Below are positions 50,221 through 62,696 of a stretch of 64,000 nucleotides of DNA, piece by piece. Position numbers and translations under genes: made by a program. The notes under the pieces are model-generated. The model worked only from the letters and a program-made list of their open reading frames with translations. It was not told where the DNA came from and did no database searches. Location of the stretch: assembly GCF_027921745.1 (NCBI RefSeq), contig NC_079240.1, positions 682,001 through 746,000 on the forward strand, read 5' to 3'. Position 1 is the first letter of the stretch. Every line of letters starts with the position of its first letter. This DNA comes from Schizosaccharomyces osmophilus (taxonomy: Eukaryota).

Positions 50221-50982
50221 ATGTCGTTTTTACAACAGGCAAAAGAAAATATGGGGGATATTTTAATCCATTTAGGCGGAAGCTTAAAACAACAGTCAGA
50301 TTCCCTCTTGAATGCTGAAAATGACAAGTCTGCTATTGAGGTGTTCCAACGGGGGGCCTCTAAAATGAGCAACTCGGCTATGGGTGGAATGTCGAATATG
50401 ACAAACTCCAGTACTTCGAGCTCTTCTACCGCTTCCTCCACCGGTGCTTCCTGCAAAACCTCCATGTATTGGAACTGGTACACCATTGACGCTTGCTTTA
50501 TTACCAAACATTGGCATATACGCAGCAAGGGTATGTTTGTCGGAAGTATCTTTGGTATCATTTTTATGATGATGGCTCTGGAACTCGTTCATCGCTTACA
50601 GCGTGAATTCGACCGTTGGTGTATTCGTCAGTCTCAAAACCGATCCAACCATGTATGCCATCATTCTCCCGAAAGCTCCTTCGTTAGTTCTTCTTCCCAT
50701 GATTTGAGCTGGTTCACCCGTGTTTGTTTCCATTTTATACGCTCATGTCTCTATATTATCCAGTTCATTGTAACTTATATTGCCATGCTTCTGGCCATGT
50801 ACTATAATGGCTATGTGATATTGTTTCTATTTTGTGGTACCTTTTTGGGCTTCTTTTTGTTTGCTGCAGACACCGTAACTCCCAACGAGCCAATGTCCAA
50901 TCCCCAAATCAACAAAATAGTCCATGTATCTGATGAAAAGGATCTTGGCTTTAAAACAGACAGCCAACCTTCTGACGCCTAA
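50221..50982 (+). CDS. ctr4: High-affinity copper transporter
   Basis: Met-rich N-terminal region, [13 protein letters not shown], and MLLAM (MxxxM) in TM2. Confidence 0.93.
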   Translation: MSFLQQAKENMGDILIHLGGSLKQQSDSLLNAENDKSAIEVFQRGASKMSNSAMGGMSNMTNSSTSSSSTASSTGASCKTSMYWNWYTIDACFITKHWHIRSKGMFVGSIFGIIFMMMALELVHRLQREFDRWCIRQSQNRSNHVCHHSPESSFVSSSSHDLSWFTRVCFHFIRSCLYIIQFIVTYIAMLLAMYYNGYVILFLFCGTFLGFFLFAADTVTPNEPMSNPQINKIVHVSDEKDLGFKTDSQPSDA

Positions 50983-51239
50983 TTTGCTTTTCAGCTTTTT
51001 GTTTGTAATTTCTTGTAATGTTCGTTCTTTAAAATACACATGTTTATTCGTTTTATGATCCATAATTAGAATCAATTTAAGTTTTCATTGTTTTTCTTCT
51101 CAAGTTTTCAAGTTTTGTATTCATAAATGTTAAAATATTCTCGGTCTATCTTGAGCCATGAGATCAATATCTGCTTTTCTTTCTGATTACGTTGGAAGCC
51201 TGGCTGGAAACATGTTCTTCTCAATGAAATCGAAAGAGC

Positions 51240-51566
51240 TTAAAAACGATTCCATTCCGACTCAAGTTCCTGTCGCCATTGAAGTGTTTTCCTATACTTT
51301 GGAAGATCCATTCCTACTACTGACCGCACTAATAATACATCAATCTTTCCATCTGAGCATTTACGACCAACAATGTCCAACCATTCTCGTATTTGAATCT
51401 TTAGGTTTCCGAGGACTGCAGCCAAATCGCATTCAACAATACTTGATTCATCTTGAAGGCGTAAAATTCCATTATCGTAAGACTGAACATAACCCAAAAA
51501 ACGAACCTTTTGCCCAGCTGGGGAGTTTTGTACTTGTTTTAAAAATACCAACCTTGTGCCATCCAT
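51240..51566 (-). CDS. ten1: Telomere OB-fold protein Ten1
   Basis: GQKVRFLGYVQSY.NGILRL, EWLDIVGRK and IDVLLVRS resemble S. pombe Ten1. Synteny. Confidence 0.92.
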   Translation of the reverse strand: MDGTRLVFLKQVQNSPAGQKVRFLGYVQSYDNGILRLQDESSIVECDLAAVLGNLKIQIREWLDIVGRKCSDGKIDVLLVRSVVGMDLPKYRKTLQWRQELESEWNRF

Positions 51567-51757
51567 TCCTCTATGGAGACTCTTTTCCCATATATTGGAA
51601 ACCGGTATTTACCAACTACGATATAGATACTTGCAAAAGCTTCAAAGATCTAACCAAAAACAAGTATCCGCAATTTAAATTTCCACAACTCTTTTCTCAA
51701 CAAACCTGGAAGCAACCAATGGTCATACAAAGCAAGAAACTAAAAGTTAAAAAGATT

Positions 51758-51828
51758 TGCTTCGGCCGGGAATCGAACCCGGGTCGCTTCGATGGCAACG
51801 AAGCATTATACCACTAAACCACCAAAGC
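51758..51828 (-). tRNA. tRNA-Gly(GCC), identical to the 48704 copy
   Basis: Exact reverse complement of 48704-48774. Confidence 0.97.
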
Positions 51829-52154
51829 AGTCGTTAAAGTTGACTCTAAAATAGACTATATATCCCTATACGAAAACCTTTTTTAAGGAGAGGCATGGGA
51901 GAAAAGACAAAGTCCCTACTACTTACTTTTCTTCAGCAGTCTCTGATATCGTTGGCAAAACGCACAAATCCTGGGTAAGAGGTGTACTAGCGATTTTTTT
52001 TTAAAAAAAAGAGGTGCTTTACTTCCTTTATTGAACTTAAAGAACCTGGAATTGGCTGGAAAGGCAAAATTTGTATGCTTGTATAATTCATTCTTTAAAT
52101 ATTGAAGCAGTCCTTTTGAGCTGGCTATTTTGAACTGCATTAATTTTTGTTAAT

Positions 52155-52748
52155 ATGTTTCATTTTATAAAGCAAAGCTGGGTTCGACAGGGGATTCTTA
52201 TTCAAACCCGAAATATTAATCGGTTGTATCCAAAGATGCGAATCCCTAAACGACCAGAAGTTCCTTTAGGAACAAAAATTGCTGAAGCAGATGCTTCCGC
52301 AGATGTATACTACAATCCACCTGCATCTTCGCCAGACACCCGAATTACACCGCTGTTATTCCGTTACGATGCTCCATCAGTAAAAGAACGGACGGCGCTA
52401 GCAGAGAAACTTAAGGACTCATTATCTCCTTTTGTATCTAGGAAATCTATTTCAAAGGGAAACCTTCGTTTTTCCACTAATCAATTGACGGATGAGGAAA
52501 AGAATGCAATTCACGACATGCGGTTGTCCAACCCAGACGAGTGGACAACCGGAGCTTTGTCTAAAAAATTTCAAGCTACTCGTCTTTTAATTTCCAGGAT
52601 CTGTGAAGCACCGAAAGAACGGTTGGCAACAGTGGAAGAGGAACTGGATCAGCAGAAACTTCGCTGGGGCAAAGGGAAACGCCAAGTTCGAAGAGAAAAG
52701 ATATCTCGAAACACCTTTCGTGTTAACGAACGTGTTTCTAAATTCTAA
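52155..52748 (+). CDS. mrpl20: Mitochondrial ribosomal protein mL58/Mrpl20
   Basis: YYNPPASSP...TP and LTDEE...MRLSNPDEWT..ALSKKF motifs, with a basic presequence. Confidence 0.85.
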   Translation: MFHFIKQSWVRQGILIQTRNINRLYPKMRIPKRPEVPLGTKIAEADASADVYYNPPASSPDTRITPLLFRYDAPSVKERTALAEKLKDSLSPFVSRKSISKGNLRFSTNQLTDEEKNAIHDMRLSNPDEWTTGALSKKFQATRLLISRICEAPKERLATVEEELDQQKLRWGKGKRQVRREKISRNTFRVNERVSKF

Positions 52749-53803
52749 TGTTTGTTGTTTAGGTTCAATTGAAAGACGGATTGGTTTCGAAAATACCTTT
52801 GCATTCTCTCCCCTTGTTTGCTTTATGTTTATCAACATAACTTTATCTATGTACCTAAAAATATCCATTCTCTAGATATCATTTAGCGAATCCCTACAGT
52901 CATATAATTGCAGTTTATTCAAAAACAAACCCCGAACTCTCTTGAGTTCAATAAAACTAAACTTTTAAATAAATTTAAATGGACATCACTCAAAATATGA
53001 CTCTAATTCTTTAGTATTTTACTTGACTTTGGTTCTTACTATTCTTGTTTGTTTGGTTCTCAAATTTTCAATAATTCTTCGCCCGGAGGGAAAGGGGAGT
53101 ACAGCGATACTTCAAACTTTTATTTTATTTTATTTTCTGTCTTTCCAACCATACGTCTGTTTCATGTCTATTTCTGGAAGTTCTAATAAGGAACAGTTAT
53201 CGTAAGTTACAGAATCCAACCTAAAGAGTATGTCACTACACGGCAAGTTCTTGAGATCAACCGAAACAATCCATCCGTGGAATTTTTACAGAAGCAAGGA
53301 AAATAAGTCTTTACCTTTCTTTCCGTTACCTTTAGAATTTCGTTAACGTTGTTTTTTCTTATACCATCTAGTAGGACTTGGCAAAGTGACATCAGCACGA
53401 AGTAAGCTGTAGAGGGTCTCTAAAAGATGAAATAGTACGTACGAAAGTGATCTCATGAATTCGACAAGTTACGTTTTTCTTGGCGTAACTTTGTTTATAA
53501 AATATGTATGATACAAACGTATAGCAAATGGTGTTTACTATATAAGAAGCCCATCATCGGCTGCACCAGTACACATCTCTCTTATAATACAAGTTAAATT
53601 GTGGTCAGTACCATATTTTTATTTACTTTTTGAATTGAATTGACTTGATTACGTTTAGATACGCTCCAATATAGTCGGTACCTGCCCTTCTCAGAAATAA
53701 CAGGAATTTATCAGACGCAAAAAAAGATTTCCTATAAATATACTCACAAAATATACCAATTTAAGACGCTTTTCTTTATCGCTAAACAATAATTTTTGAA
53801 ATC

Positions 53804-54136
53804 ATGGACAGACGTATTAAGATCGGCGGAATCGTTGCTGCTGGTGCAGCAGCTGCTTATTTCTTTATGGGTCGCCATAAACAGCCAGCAAACCAATTGG
53901 AGCAGAAAAATGCAGACTTCATGAATGCCATTGAAAGAGAAGGCCGTCGTTTTGATCGTGCGGTAGGTGACACTGCAGACAAGGCTAAGTCATTCGTACA
54001 CGATAGCAAAGACAAGGTTGTGGATCAATTAGAAAAGCCTCGTGAAGATGCGCAGGAATTGCAAGGAGAAATGAAGACAAAAACAAACGACGTTGTACAC
54101 TCTCCCAATAAAAAAGATCAATCCAAATGGTTTTAA
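53804..54136 (+). CDS. Small Schizosaccharomyces-type protein with an N-terminal hydrophobic anchor and hydrophilic helical tail
   Basis: Clean ORF with a TATA box (TATAAATA at about 53732). Occupies the syntenic position of SPCC1393.12. Confidence 0.75.
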   Translation: MDRRIKIGGIVAAGAAAAYFFMGRHKQPANQLEQKNADFMNAIEREGRRFDRAVGDTADKAKSFVHDSKDKVVDQLEKPREDAQELQGEMKTKTNDVVHSPNKKDQSKWF

Positions 54137-55296
54137 GGGTTAACGGTGTGCAGCTTCAGAGAGGCCGCTGAAGGTAGGCAAAGACGGCGTTGTCGGTTTG
54201 CTGAAACTGAAAGCGGCTTTTGAGATTTTTATTGACACTTTTGATATGCCTTATGTTACTATTTATGATGTTTACATTCCAACGATACTTTAAAATATAT
54301 ATTAAGCAATGGCTTTAAATTATGCCGACAAAATGAATTCCGATCACTTCTTATATCAATCAACGAACAAGGGAAGTGTATGTCAAACGTATCCCATCCT
54401 GCCTTGCTCTGTTTGTGTAGCTGGCCAAGTTTCCTTTATGATCAATTAATCGTACTCTGTTCTATACATTTCACATTGAATTATACTAAAAAAACAAAAC
54501 TTGTATGAAATAGAATCTGTTAGATTAATTATGATTACTTACAATGTATTAACCAACTGTGTTGATCTAATATAATGTACAAATAAAAGCCGATTCCATC
54601 AGCGCAAACATCCCCTTTAGCTGAATAGTTCGTTTGGGTTTGTTTAGACGAAATTTTCAAATCTTTTGGTTTCATCATTTTTCATGCTTGAATATCTAGA
54701 TCGACGATACACATCATATTTGGGGCTACTGTTTCTTTATTTGCTCTGATTCGACAAAGTACTTGAAGCCACAGAGCCTTCTACCAGTATAGAGAATAAT
54801 AATCTTAATCTTACCATTGTATGACATCTTTTAAGCTAAAAGATATTGAGGCTTGTCATCAAGGGCAGGAACTGCCATAAGATTGAATGCCAAGAAGGTA
54901 AAATTAATAGACGATGTAACCTGAAAAAGAATCCATTCACATATTTACAATTGTTTAATTTCAAGTTCATTTGTTTGTTTACTCAATATTACACAAAGAG
55001 GTGTTAAGATTATATCAACCCATTCATTCTCGTAAATATATAAGCCTATCGCATAACGCTGTGACTTGCTTACCTTGACAAAGTACACCTACGACAGTAT
55101 GCGAATAAGTATATCATCCTAAGGGTCTAATAGACTACTTTACGTCGTAAATAAGGCACCCTTGCGTAATTCTTGAATTTTATATATATTCAGTGAATTC
55201 TGCAAGTTCTCCCTCTAACCAAATTCAACTTTGTAAAATACATCCTTAAGTGTGTTTTTGACGCTTCATTTCCTTGCTTGATTAATTTCGTGTAAA

Positions 55297-56834
55297 ATGA
55301 CAGTGATGACCGCGAAATTGGTGCATCCAGCGAAACGTATGTGGTGATATATTGTAGAAAGGGGTGCTTGAAGACAATAAGAGTTGCGCGCTTTTGAGTT
55401 TTGTTTGGCGTTTTGTATTTTTTTGGCTAATCTCTTGTTTTAGCCTATGCTATGACAAGCGATCCTGAATCGTTTGCATACGAATGCGTTGTTCGGAGAT
55501 GGCCTGCCTTGTTATCCAACGTTGTTGACGATATTTCCCGCCATGTTTCAAAGGCGCTGGAAGCCGGCATGTCAGAAAATTCTTCTTACGTTACTCAAGG
55601 AAAGTCTATCATCAATATGCTGAGCCAACTCAAATATGACATACAGCACAACCGTCCTTTGTTACACTTGGAGGGAGATAATTCCGACCTGGAGGAATAT
55701 AATGAAGAATTGAATCAATGCGGTCCCATGACTTGGGGAGATGCTCCTTGGCTTTACTCCGAATGTTACTTTTACCGGATGATGAACCTCTTTTTACAAG
55801 CTCACTCAGAATGGAAACGTCATGATCCTTTTTTTGACCAAAAAGATTCCACTTTAAAATCCAGCCATGCAGCGATTGAAGATTTGGCTGTTCGCTATGT
55901 TAACCTTGATCATGAGCTCGATGCTCTCAATAAAAAATACGAGCCCCAAACAGCCTACATGATTTTCGTTGAAATGGCGCAAGTTGCCTTATGGGGCAAT
56001 GCGACTGATCTTAGTTTATTGACAAATTTGACATATGAAGAGCTCCAACAACTTCAGGGCCGGAAGGCTGTGGAAGAAGCTCAAAAAAATGTTTTGGTGA
56101 ATGACCTTCCAAAGGTCTGGGAAAAGCTTCAGCAGCACCCAGGTGGACGTGTCGATTTTGTGTTGGATAATGCCGGATTTGAACTCTATGTTGATCTTGT
56201 ATTCGCAGCTTACCTTTTGAAAGCAAAAGTTGTTGATACAGTTATTTTGCATCCCAAAGATATTCCTTGGTTTGTTTCTGATGCTTTGGTGAATGATATC
56301 CCTCATGTCTTTACTTCTTTGACAACCTACTTCTCTGGCGAAAGTATTCACCAACTCGCTTCCGATCTTCAAGAGTTCCATGCTGAAGGAAAAATTTTAA
56401 TTCGCCCTAACTCTTTTTGGACCACTGCTCATTATTTTGGTCGTATGCCCGATTTTGCTCCAGCTTTAGTTGAAGATTTGGCTAAATCAGATATGGTCAT
56501 TTTCAAAGGTACACATTGTCTCATCATATGATTACTTTACTAACGAACTTTAGGCGATTTAAATTACCGCAAGTTGACTGGCGACTGCGAATGGCCCAAG
56601 ACAACTCCCTTCGAAGTGGCTCTCGGTCCCCTTGCTGGAAAATTCAACATTCTAGCTCTTCGTACATGCAAAGCGTAAGTATTTTTTTTTTTCCCCCCAG
56701 GCTGATACTTACCAATGTTTAGTGATGTTGTTGTCGGTCTTGAAGATGGTTTATACGAAAAGCTTTCTGAACACATGCTTCATTGGGAACGAACCGGGAA
56801 GTATGCTGTTGCTCAATATTGCCCAAAAAAGTGA
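55297..56834 (+). CDS. DUF89/ARMT1-family damage-control phosphatase; exons 55297-55336, 55444-56508, 56554-56674, 56723-56834
   Basis: [26 protein letters not shown] and PWFVSD. Splicing yields [11 protein letters not shown] and LRTCKADVVVG. Confidence 0.93.
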
Positions 56835-57605
56835 GTTCCCTTCCTTCTGGATTTACATGATCTATGACCCTTAAAACCTCTTTAATGTTCTTAGTTTCAA
56901 AATAAATAATGAACTATTAGTTAGTTATTCATGAAAATATGTTTTACCGTAACTGATGTCGTATTGCCAAAGTATTTAAGGTTTCATGCTCTTTTATACT
57001 CGGGATCTTTGAAAATTTCTTTTCTTCTCCTTTTGCGAAATAACGTATCATGGACAGTGTCGTATCACCAACATTGCATTGGACGATCCTTTGTCGGTTT
57101 CATAAACGCGAAATGATGCTAATAATCCTTCATTAACATCTTATTGTTTATTACCGCAAATTACACTGCACTACACTGCACTATGGTACTGATTTAATTT
57201 GAAGATTTCCGCTCATAAACTATCTCTGACGTCTTTCAGATAGGGTACTACCTTACTTATCATTAGTAAAATTTCAGCTTATCGGGTTGGTGTCGGAGCT
57301 TCGCCGCTTCCTTAACTTCATAAAAGAATTGAGACTGTCCTTAGCACTTACCACTACCCTTTGGTACGCCATCACGACCATATTTTTGACCCTTCTTGGT
57401 CAATTATCGCTTTTAAACAAGTCAATTCTTGTTTAAGAAAGCGTATTTTAGGTATATACCTTGTCTAGTGCGCTCAAATCCTATTTTCAGTTTCTTCCGT
57501 GTGAATTGGTTCCTCGCTCATCCTTTCTTGTTGTGAGTGTTTTCTGTTCTTTATCTTCTCTTTGTAAACTTTTCTCTTATTACATTGAATTCTCCCAAGT
57601 TGAAA

Positions 57606-59330
57606 ATGGGTTTTAAATGGAATCCCTTCTCTAAAAGCAAAGAGCCCAAAGAGCCTCTTCCTTTAGAGCAATATGAAGCAGCTGACCAGAAAAAGCTGTT
57701 TGGCATGGTCAGCAAGCAAGAGGCTAAGCTCCTCGCCATTGCAGGAACCGGATTCTTGTTGGATAGTTATGATTTGTTCATTATCAACTTGGTAACTCCA
57801 ATTATTTCCTACTTGTACTGGGGTGGTTTGGAAGGCCATGAAGATTACCCATCAGGAATTCGTGGCCTTGTAAATGCTGGTACAAACATCGGAAACATTT
57901 TGGGGCAGCTTCTTTTCGGGTTTTTGGGTGACTTCTTTGGCCGTCAATTCGTCTATGGTAAGGAAATGATGGTCGTTATCATCGCTACGATTCTTTTGAT
58001 CAGTCTTCCCGACCGTCTTCCTACTCCCCTTGACAAGTCCATGTGGCTTTTCACTTTCCGTGTGGTACTCGGTATTGGTATTGGTGGTGATTATCCCATG
58101 TCTGCTTCCATCACGTCCGAACAGTCTTTGGTTCACCGCCGTGGTGCTTTGCTTGCTTGGATTTTCTCAAACCAAGGATGGGGTACCCTTATCGGTTGTA
58201 TCGCTACTCTAGTCATTCTCGCGTGCTATAGAACGTCTTTAGAAGTGCATAATAATTACCACAAATTAGATGGTGTTTGGCGTATTCAGTTCGGCATCGC
58301 CTTGCTTCCCGCTTTTCTTGTTTTGATTCCTCGAATGAGAATGAAAGAATCTAAACAATTTAAAGATTCAAAGAATGTTCATGCCGTTAGTGAAGAAGAA
58401 AGTAATTCTCAAATGGATGATTTAAAGAAAAACCCAGAAAAACTTACTCCCACAGAGTTGGCTCAACCCGAGGATGCTGCAAAACCAACCGAAAAGAGAT
58501 CTGGTTCAGTACAAGTTGAACCTCGCGATAATTCTTCCATGACTTCTAAAGAGCCTCCTTCTGATAAAACGGAACAACAGGATCAGGAACAAATTAAGAC
58601 AGGGTCCACTTTTATTGCCTACTTCTCCGAGTGGAGACACTTGAGATTGTTGCTTGGTGCAGCTATCTCTTGGTTCCTTTTGGACATTGCATTTTATGGT
58701 GTCAATCTGAACCAGTCTGTCATTCTCAATGAGATGGGTTTTAACAGCGGAAAAAACCAGTACAGGAAATTACAGAAGAATGCTATTGGTAATCTGATTA
58801 TAGCAATCGCTGGTTATGTTCCTGGATACTGGGTGAGTGTATTTTTAATTGAAAGAATGGGCCGTAAATGGATTCAAATCCAGGGTTTTGCTATTTGCTC
58901 TCTTTTGTTTGCTGTACTTGCTGGAAAATGGCACACCATCTCCACTGCTGGAAGGTTCGTTTGCATTGCTCTCGCCCAATTTTTCTTCAATTTTGGACCA
59001 AACACAACTTCATTTGTCTATCCAGCTGAAGTGTTCCCTTCAAGAGTTCGTGCTTTCTCTCATGGAATCTGTGCTGCCTGTGGTAAAGCTGGTGCAATTC
59101 TTTCGGGTCTATTATTTAATAAGTTAACTGAAGTAATTGGTTTCGACAGGGTGTTGTGGATATTCTTTGCCTGTATGATTTTAGGTATAATTTTCAGTTT
59201 ACTTTTGCCCGAAACTGCTGGTCGCGATGCAGACTTGATTGATCGCCTTGAAATTGCTGCTTTACAAGAAGGAAAGCATTCCATTATTGACCGGTCCGAA
59301 AAATGGGCTTGGTGGAAACATGGGATATAA
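57606..59330 (+). CDS. pho843: Pho84-family MFS inorganic phosphate transporter
   Basis: [26 protein letters not shown] and [10 protein letters not shown]. The paralog name is from synteny and is less certain than the family. Confidence 0.88.
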   Translation: MGFKWNPFSKSKEPKEPLPLEQYEAADQKKLFGMVSKQEAKLLAIAGTGFLLDSYDLFIINLVTPIISYLYWGGLEGHEDYPSGIRGLVNAGTNIGNILGQLLFGFLGDFFGRQFVYGKEMMVVIIATILLISLPDRLPTPLDKSMWLFTFRVVLGIGIGGDYPMSASITSEQSLVHRRGALLAWIFSNQGWGTLIGCIATLVILACYRTSLEVHNNYHKLDGVWRIQFGIALLPAFLVLIPRMRMKESKQFKDSKNVHAVSEEESNSQMDDLKKNPEKLTPTELAQPEDAAKPTEKRSGSVQVEPRDNSSMTSKEPPSDKTEQQDQEQIKTGSTFIAYFSEWRHLRLLLGAAISWFLLDIAFYGVNLNQSVILNEMGFNSGKNQYRKLQKNAIGNLIIAIAGYVPGYWVSVFLIERMGRKWIQIQGFAICSLLFAVLAGKWHTISTAGRFVCIALAQFFFNFGPNTTSFVYPAEVFPSRVRAFSHGICAACGKAGAILSGLLFNKLTEVIGFDRVLWIFFACMILGIIFSLLLPETAGRDADLIDRLEIAALQEGKHSIIDRSEKWAWWKHGI

Positions 59331-59673
59331 TTTCACCTGGTGTATTCCAAATTCTGTTGACTACAAGTTAACAAGTCGATGTTAATTGTTTGTTATTGTT
59401 TGTTTCTATTATTATTTTCATATGTTCAAAGTTTAAAGCAGGCACTATTGGTTTATTTATGCTGTTCTTTTGATTTTTCAATGTTTATCTTTACTATGTT
59501 TAATTTTATACACTAAGAAGATTGATATATTCAGCGGTTTTCCTGTGAAGTTCGTTTGATTAAAAAGAATAGCAAGGTGTGGGTCGCTATGAACCGGTTT
59601 CTTTCTGTGATGTTTGATTGTGTTTCTTTGATAATTCTTTTTAGAAGATACACGCCCGTCTATATGTGTATCT

Positions 59674-59693
59674 AAAAAAAAAAAAAAAAAAAA
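59674..59693. repeat. A20 homopolymer
   Basis: Read directly from the sequence. Confidence 0.9.
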
Positions 59694-60285
59694 GAAGAAA
59701 AAACCAAACGAAACTAAAGCATTGTATTAATTAATAAATATTTATTAAAGTTCTATCCTTTCAGTTTTTGTATTTAATACACACATCGTAGTTCAATGTT
59801 TGATACCAATGAGTATCAACTTATAGATCCTGGTAAATTTCTTGATCTGTGAATATTATTTCTAACCGTTACAAAGGATGGTATCATAATTTTATTTAGT
59901 AAAACTCGCTACTTTTAGAATTCGAAGAATATGTGATTAGTATGGTGCAGGTTTCTTAGGCTTTTAGGAAGTATGTAAATCAATGGATTTCTTATTTATT
60001 TATTTATTTTTTATTTTTTTTAAAATGTCATTCTCTTTTTTCTACTCAAAGTCCCTGCTTTTTCGTGTACACTTCAGATCGAAAAGAACTTTGACGTCCT
60101 AACATTGTAGCCCAAGTCTAGCATCTCAGAATACCGCCAGTGCTCATCTCGAGGATATGGAAGGAAAATGAAAATTTTTTCAATGCCAATATAATTAATT
60201 GAAGGAAAATAAGCTAAAGTTGATAAAAAGTGAAGGAATATTAACCACAATTCTTGTATGCAAATATTTTGATAACCAGTTCAAT

Positions 60286-61137
60286 ATGAGTGCGGCATGG
60301 CGGAAGAAATTACCAATTACCCATAAAGCAGAATGCTTAAATGTTTATAAAGGGCTATTAAAATGTTGTGATCAATTTGTAGAGCCCGAATACCAATCCG
60401 TTCTTTCAGAAATAATACGAACAAGGACCCGGCATTATCAGCACGTAACCAATGCATATAAAACCGAATACCTTTTAAATAATGCTAAGAAGGTAAGCAA
60501 AAGTGCTAGTACAAGATAGCTGACATTGACTTAGTATCGTGAACGACTTGAACTGGCCAACCGAGGTCAATTGCCGGCGGAAGATATACGACAGGAAATA
60601 ATAAAAAAATATAAGTCCTATTCATTACCAAAAAAACAAGAAACACCCATGAAGCGAGATCAGCCTCTAGCTTTAAAATTACCAAAACCAAAAAAGTCAA
60701 TGTCTATTCACGATTATGTCCGTGATGGGAAAATCCTTTATCATTTTGTAATGACGACAGGAGGAGACGCATTTCTGCGTCCTAAATATTGGCCACAAAG
60801 TGAGCGTATAAGTATGATATTGAAAAATCATGTCGAGACCAAAGAACGTAGACACCGACTTATTCAAGCAATGAACCGTATGGTCTATCATACATCCTTA
60901 GAAGACGAATTTCTAAAACCATATACAAATGAAGACTTAGGATTTACACAATCACTCTTAGAGAATGTCCACGAAATTGGAAAAAAGCTTGAACGATCTT
61001 ATCAACAGGGGTCTAAATCATGGCACATCACGAGCCAGTTATATAAAATGATTGTTAAGGAATCCGAAAGACAACGACTAGAAAAACAATATTTAAAAAC
61101 CTGGAAAAGTTTAGGAAGGATAAAGCCATATAAATAA
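60286..61137 (+). CDS. Probable mitochondrial LYR-like protein; exons 60286-60492, 60535-61137
   Basis: A GTAAGC..CTGAC..TAG intron joins two ORFs in frame. N-terminal H..ECLNVYKGLLK and FLRPKYWPQS. Confidence 0.7.
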
Positions 61138-61340
61138 TAATTAGCATTTTGACGACAACTAACATAGCTGAATACCACTGACTTAGTTCAGTATTCACCT
61201 TTTGAAATGCATACGGATGGACCCATGTCAATAATCATAATGCAGCTGTTCGATCAAATCAGAAAAGTTCCATCCAGTATCAATTCCATCTCAGTTCATT
61301 AATGTGTCATTTGTTATACAAAATGAACCAATGAAGTTGA

Positions 61341-62057
61341 TTAGCTGGGGTCTACAAAATTATCTTGCACTTGCGTTTTATCCTGCGTGCTTGGTGCAGG
61401 CTGAGAGGTTACCCATTTATTCTCAATGTCCTGTAGTCTTTGCAAATCTTCATCGTCGACAAAGAAATCATCTCCATCATCATCCTCGTCATTCAATATA
61501 GAATCATTCGTGGCATCATTTGGTACCCCCTCGTCTAAGGTTTGTTGGGTTTGGGTATTCTCTGTACCTGAATCTTGAGAATTGCTCGACTCTCGATCGA
61601 TATCCGAAGGCTCCTCGTCATTATAACTTTGGTCATTGAAATCAGGATGAATATACTTTTCTTCAATGTTTTTCTTTCTCTGTTCTTCTCTTCTATCGAT
61701 CGTAGCTCGTAACAAGCTCACCAAATTAGATACACGGGATAGCTTGTTCTTTGGTTCTGGATTTTCATCTGAGTTCAAATCCAAGGTTCTTGACCGCTTT
61801 AAATTATTCCTTGAGTTATCTGTACTGACAGACTTGTTGCTTGTTGTACTTGATGGCATAGACACAGATCGGTACACAACTTGATTTTGTTGCAGTCGAT
61901 CCCAAAGATTGACCACCGGATCATTAATAACCGGATTGGACTCTCCTGAAGACTTAGTGAATAGCTGGGAGATTTGCTCATCAGACAATGATTTACTTTT
62001 CAGTGGTGACAATTTCCAAGAAACACATGGCTGATCACTTTTTGGTGAATCTGGCAT
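61341..62057 (-). CDS. dbl1: Low-complexity acidic nuclear protein, probable Dbl1 ortholog
   Basis: 238-codon ORF with a basic middle region and an acidic tail. The name is from synteny only. Confidence 0.55.
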   Translation of the reverse strand: MPDSPKSDQPCVSWKLSPLKSKSLSDEQISQLFTKSSGESNPVINDPVVNLWDRLQQNQVVYRSVSMPSSTTSNKSVSTDNSRNNLKRSRTLDLNSDENPEPKNKLSRVSNLVSLLRATIDRREEQRKKNIEEKYIHPDFNDQSYNDEEPSDIDRESSNSQDSGTENTQTQQTLDEGVPNDATNDSILNDEDDDGDDFFVDDEDLQRLQDIENKWVTSQPAPSTQDKTQVQDNFVDPS

Positions 62058-62696
62058 AATTATTATATAAATGAATGACTCTTCTATAGTAGCAAGTCAA
62101 AATTCGAAAAACAAGCACCGAACGCCTTTAAACAACGGCTGACAGAAGAACCTCTAAATATACAAAATTCAAGTTAGAATGTTCGAATCCTCTATCTTTG
62201 TATTTGTTTTTAGAACCCGTTTTGGATCAATCAGGGAAGTAACTTTATAACTCAAAGAGTCATATGTAAATTGTTCGTCCGTTAATTTGGGAATTTTTAG
62301 TCCTGCTTAGTTACCGAAGCGCTTTTGATAATTTACAAAAATAAATATGAAGTAAATATATGGTATTGAGCGAATTCAACCCAACAAGTATACGCTTGAA
62401 TTATACCGTTACTGCAATCAAGCCAGTAGGTAACGTGAATCAGACCGAAAAATCAAAACACCCCAAGGACTTTAAAATGCACAGTACATAATAGTTATAG
62501 TGCTTTATACATAACCACCGCCTGTATAAATCTGTTCAACGTTCTATCTATGTTGGATGAAGTGCTTTACTAATTATATATACATTGTATTTGATACGCC
62601 TCGAAAACTAAAATCATCATACAACTGACAAATGAAGACAACAGCTCATTCTTCCATTATATTACTTAAAATACAAAAAGTAAAATCTTATTTTCT

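Noticed and set aside
51158..51817. 219-aa + strand ORF
   Set aside because: It is antisense to the well-supported ten1 and runs into a tRNA-Gly gene.
56990..57430. Pho7 sites and a 10-nt tandem duplication (57162-57183) upstream of the phosphate transporter
   Set aside because: I found no full match to the TCG(G/C)(A/T)xxTTxAA consensus, and the duplication is ordinary slippage.
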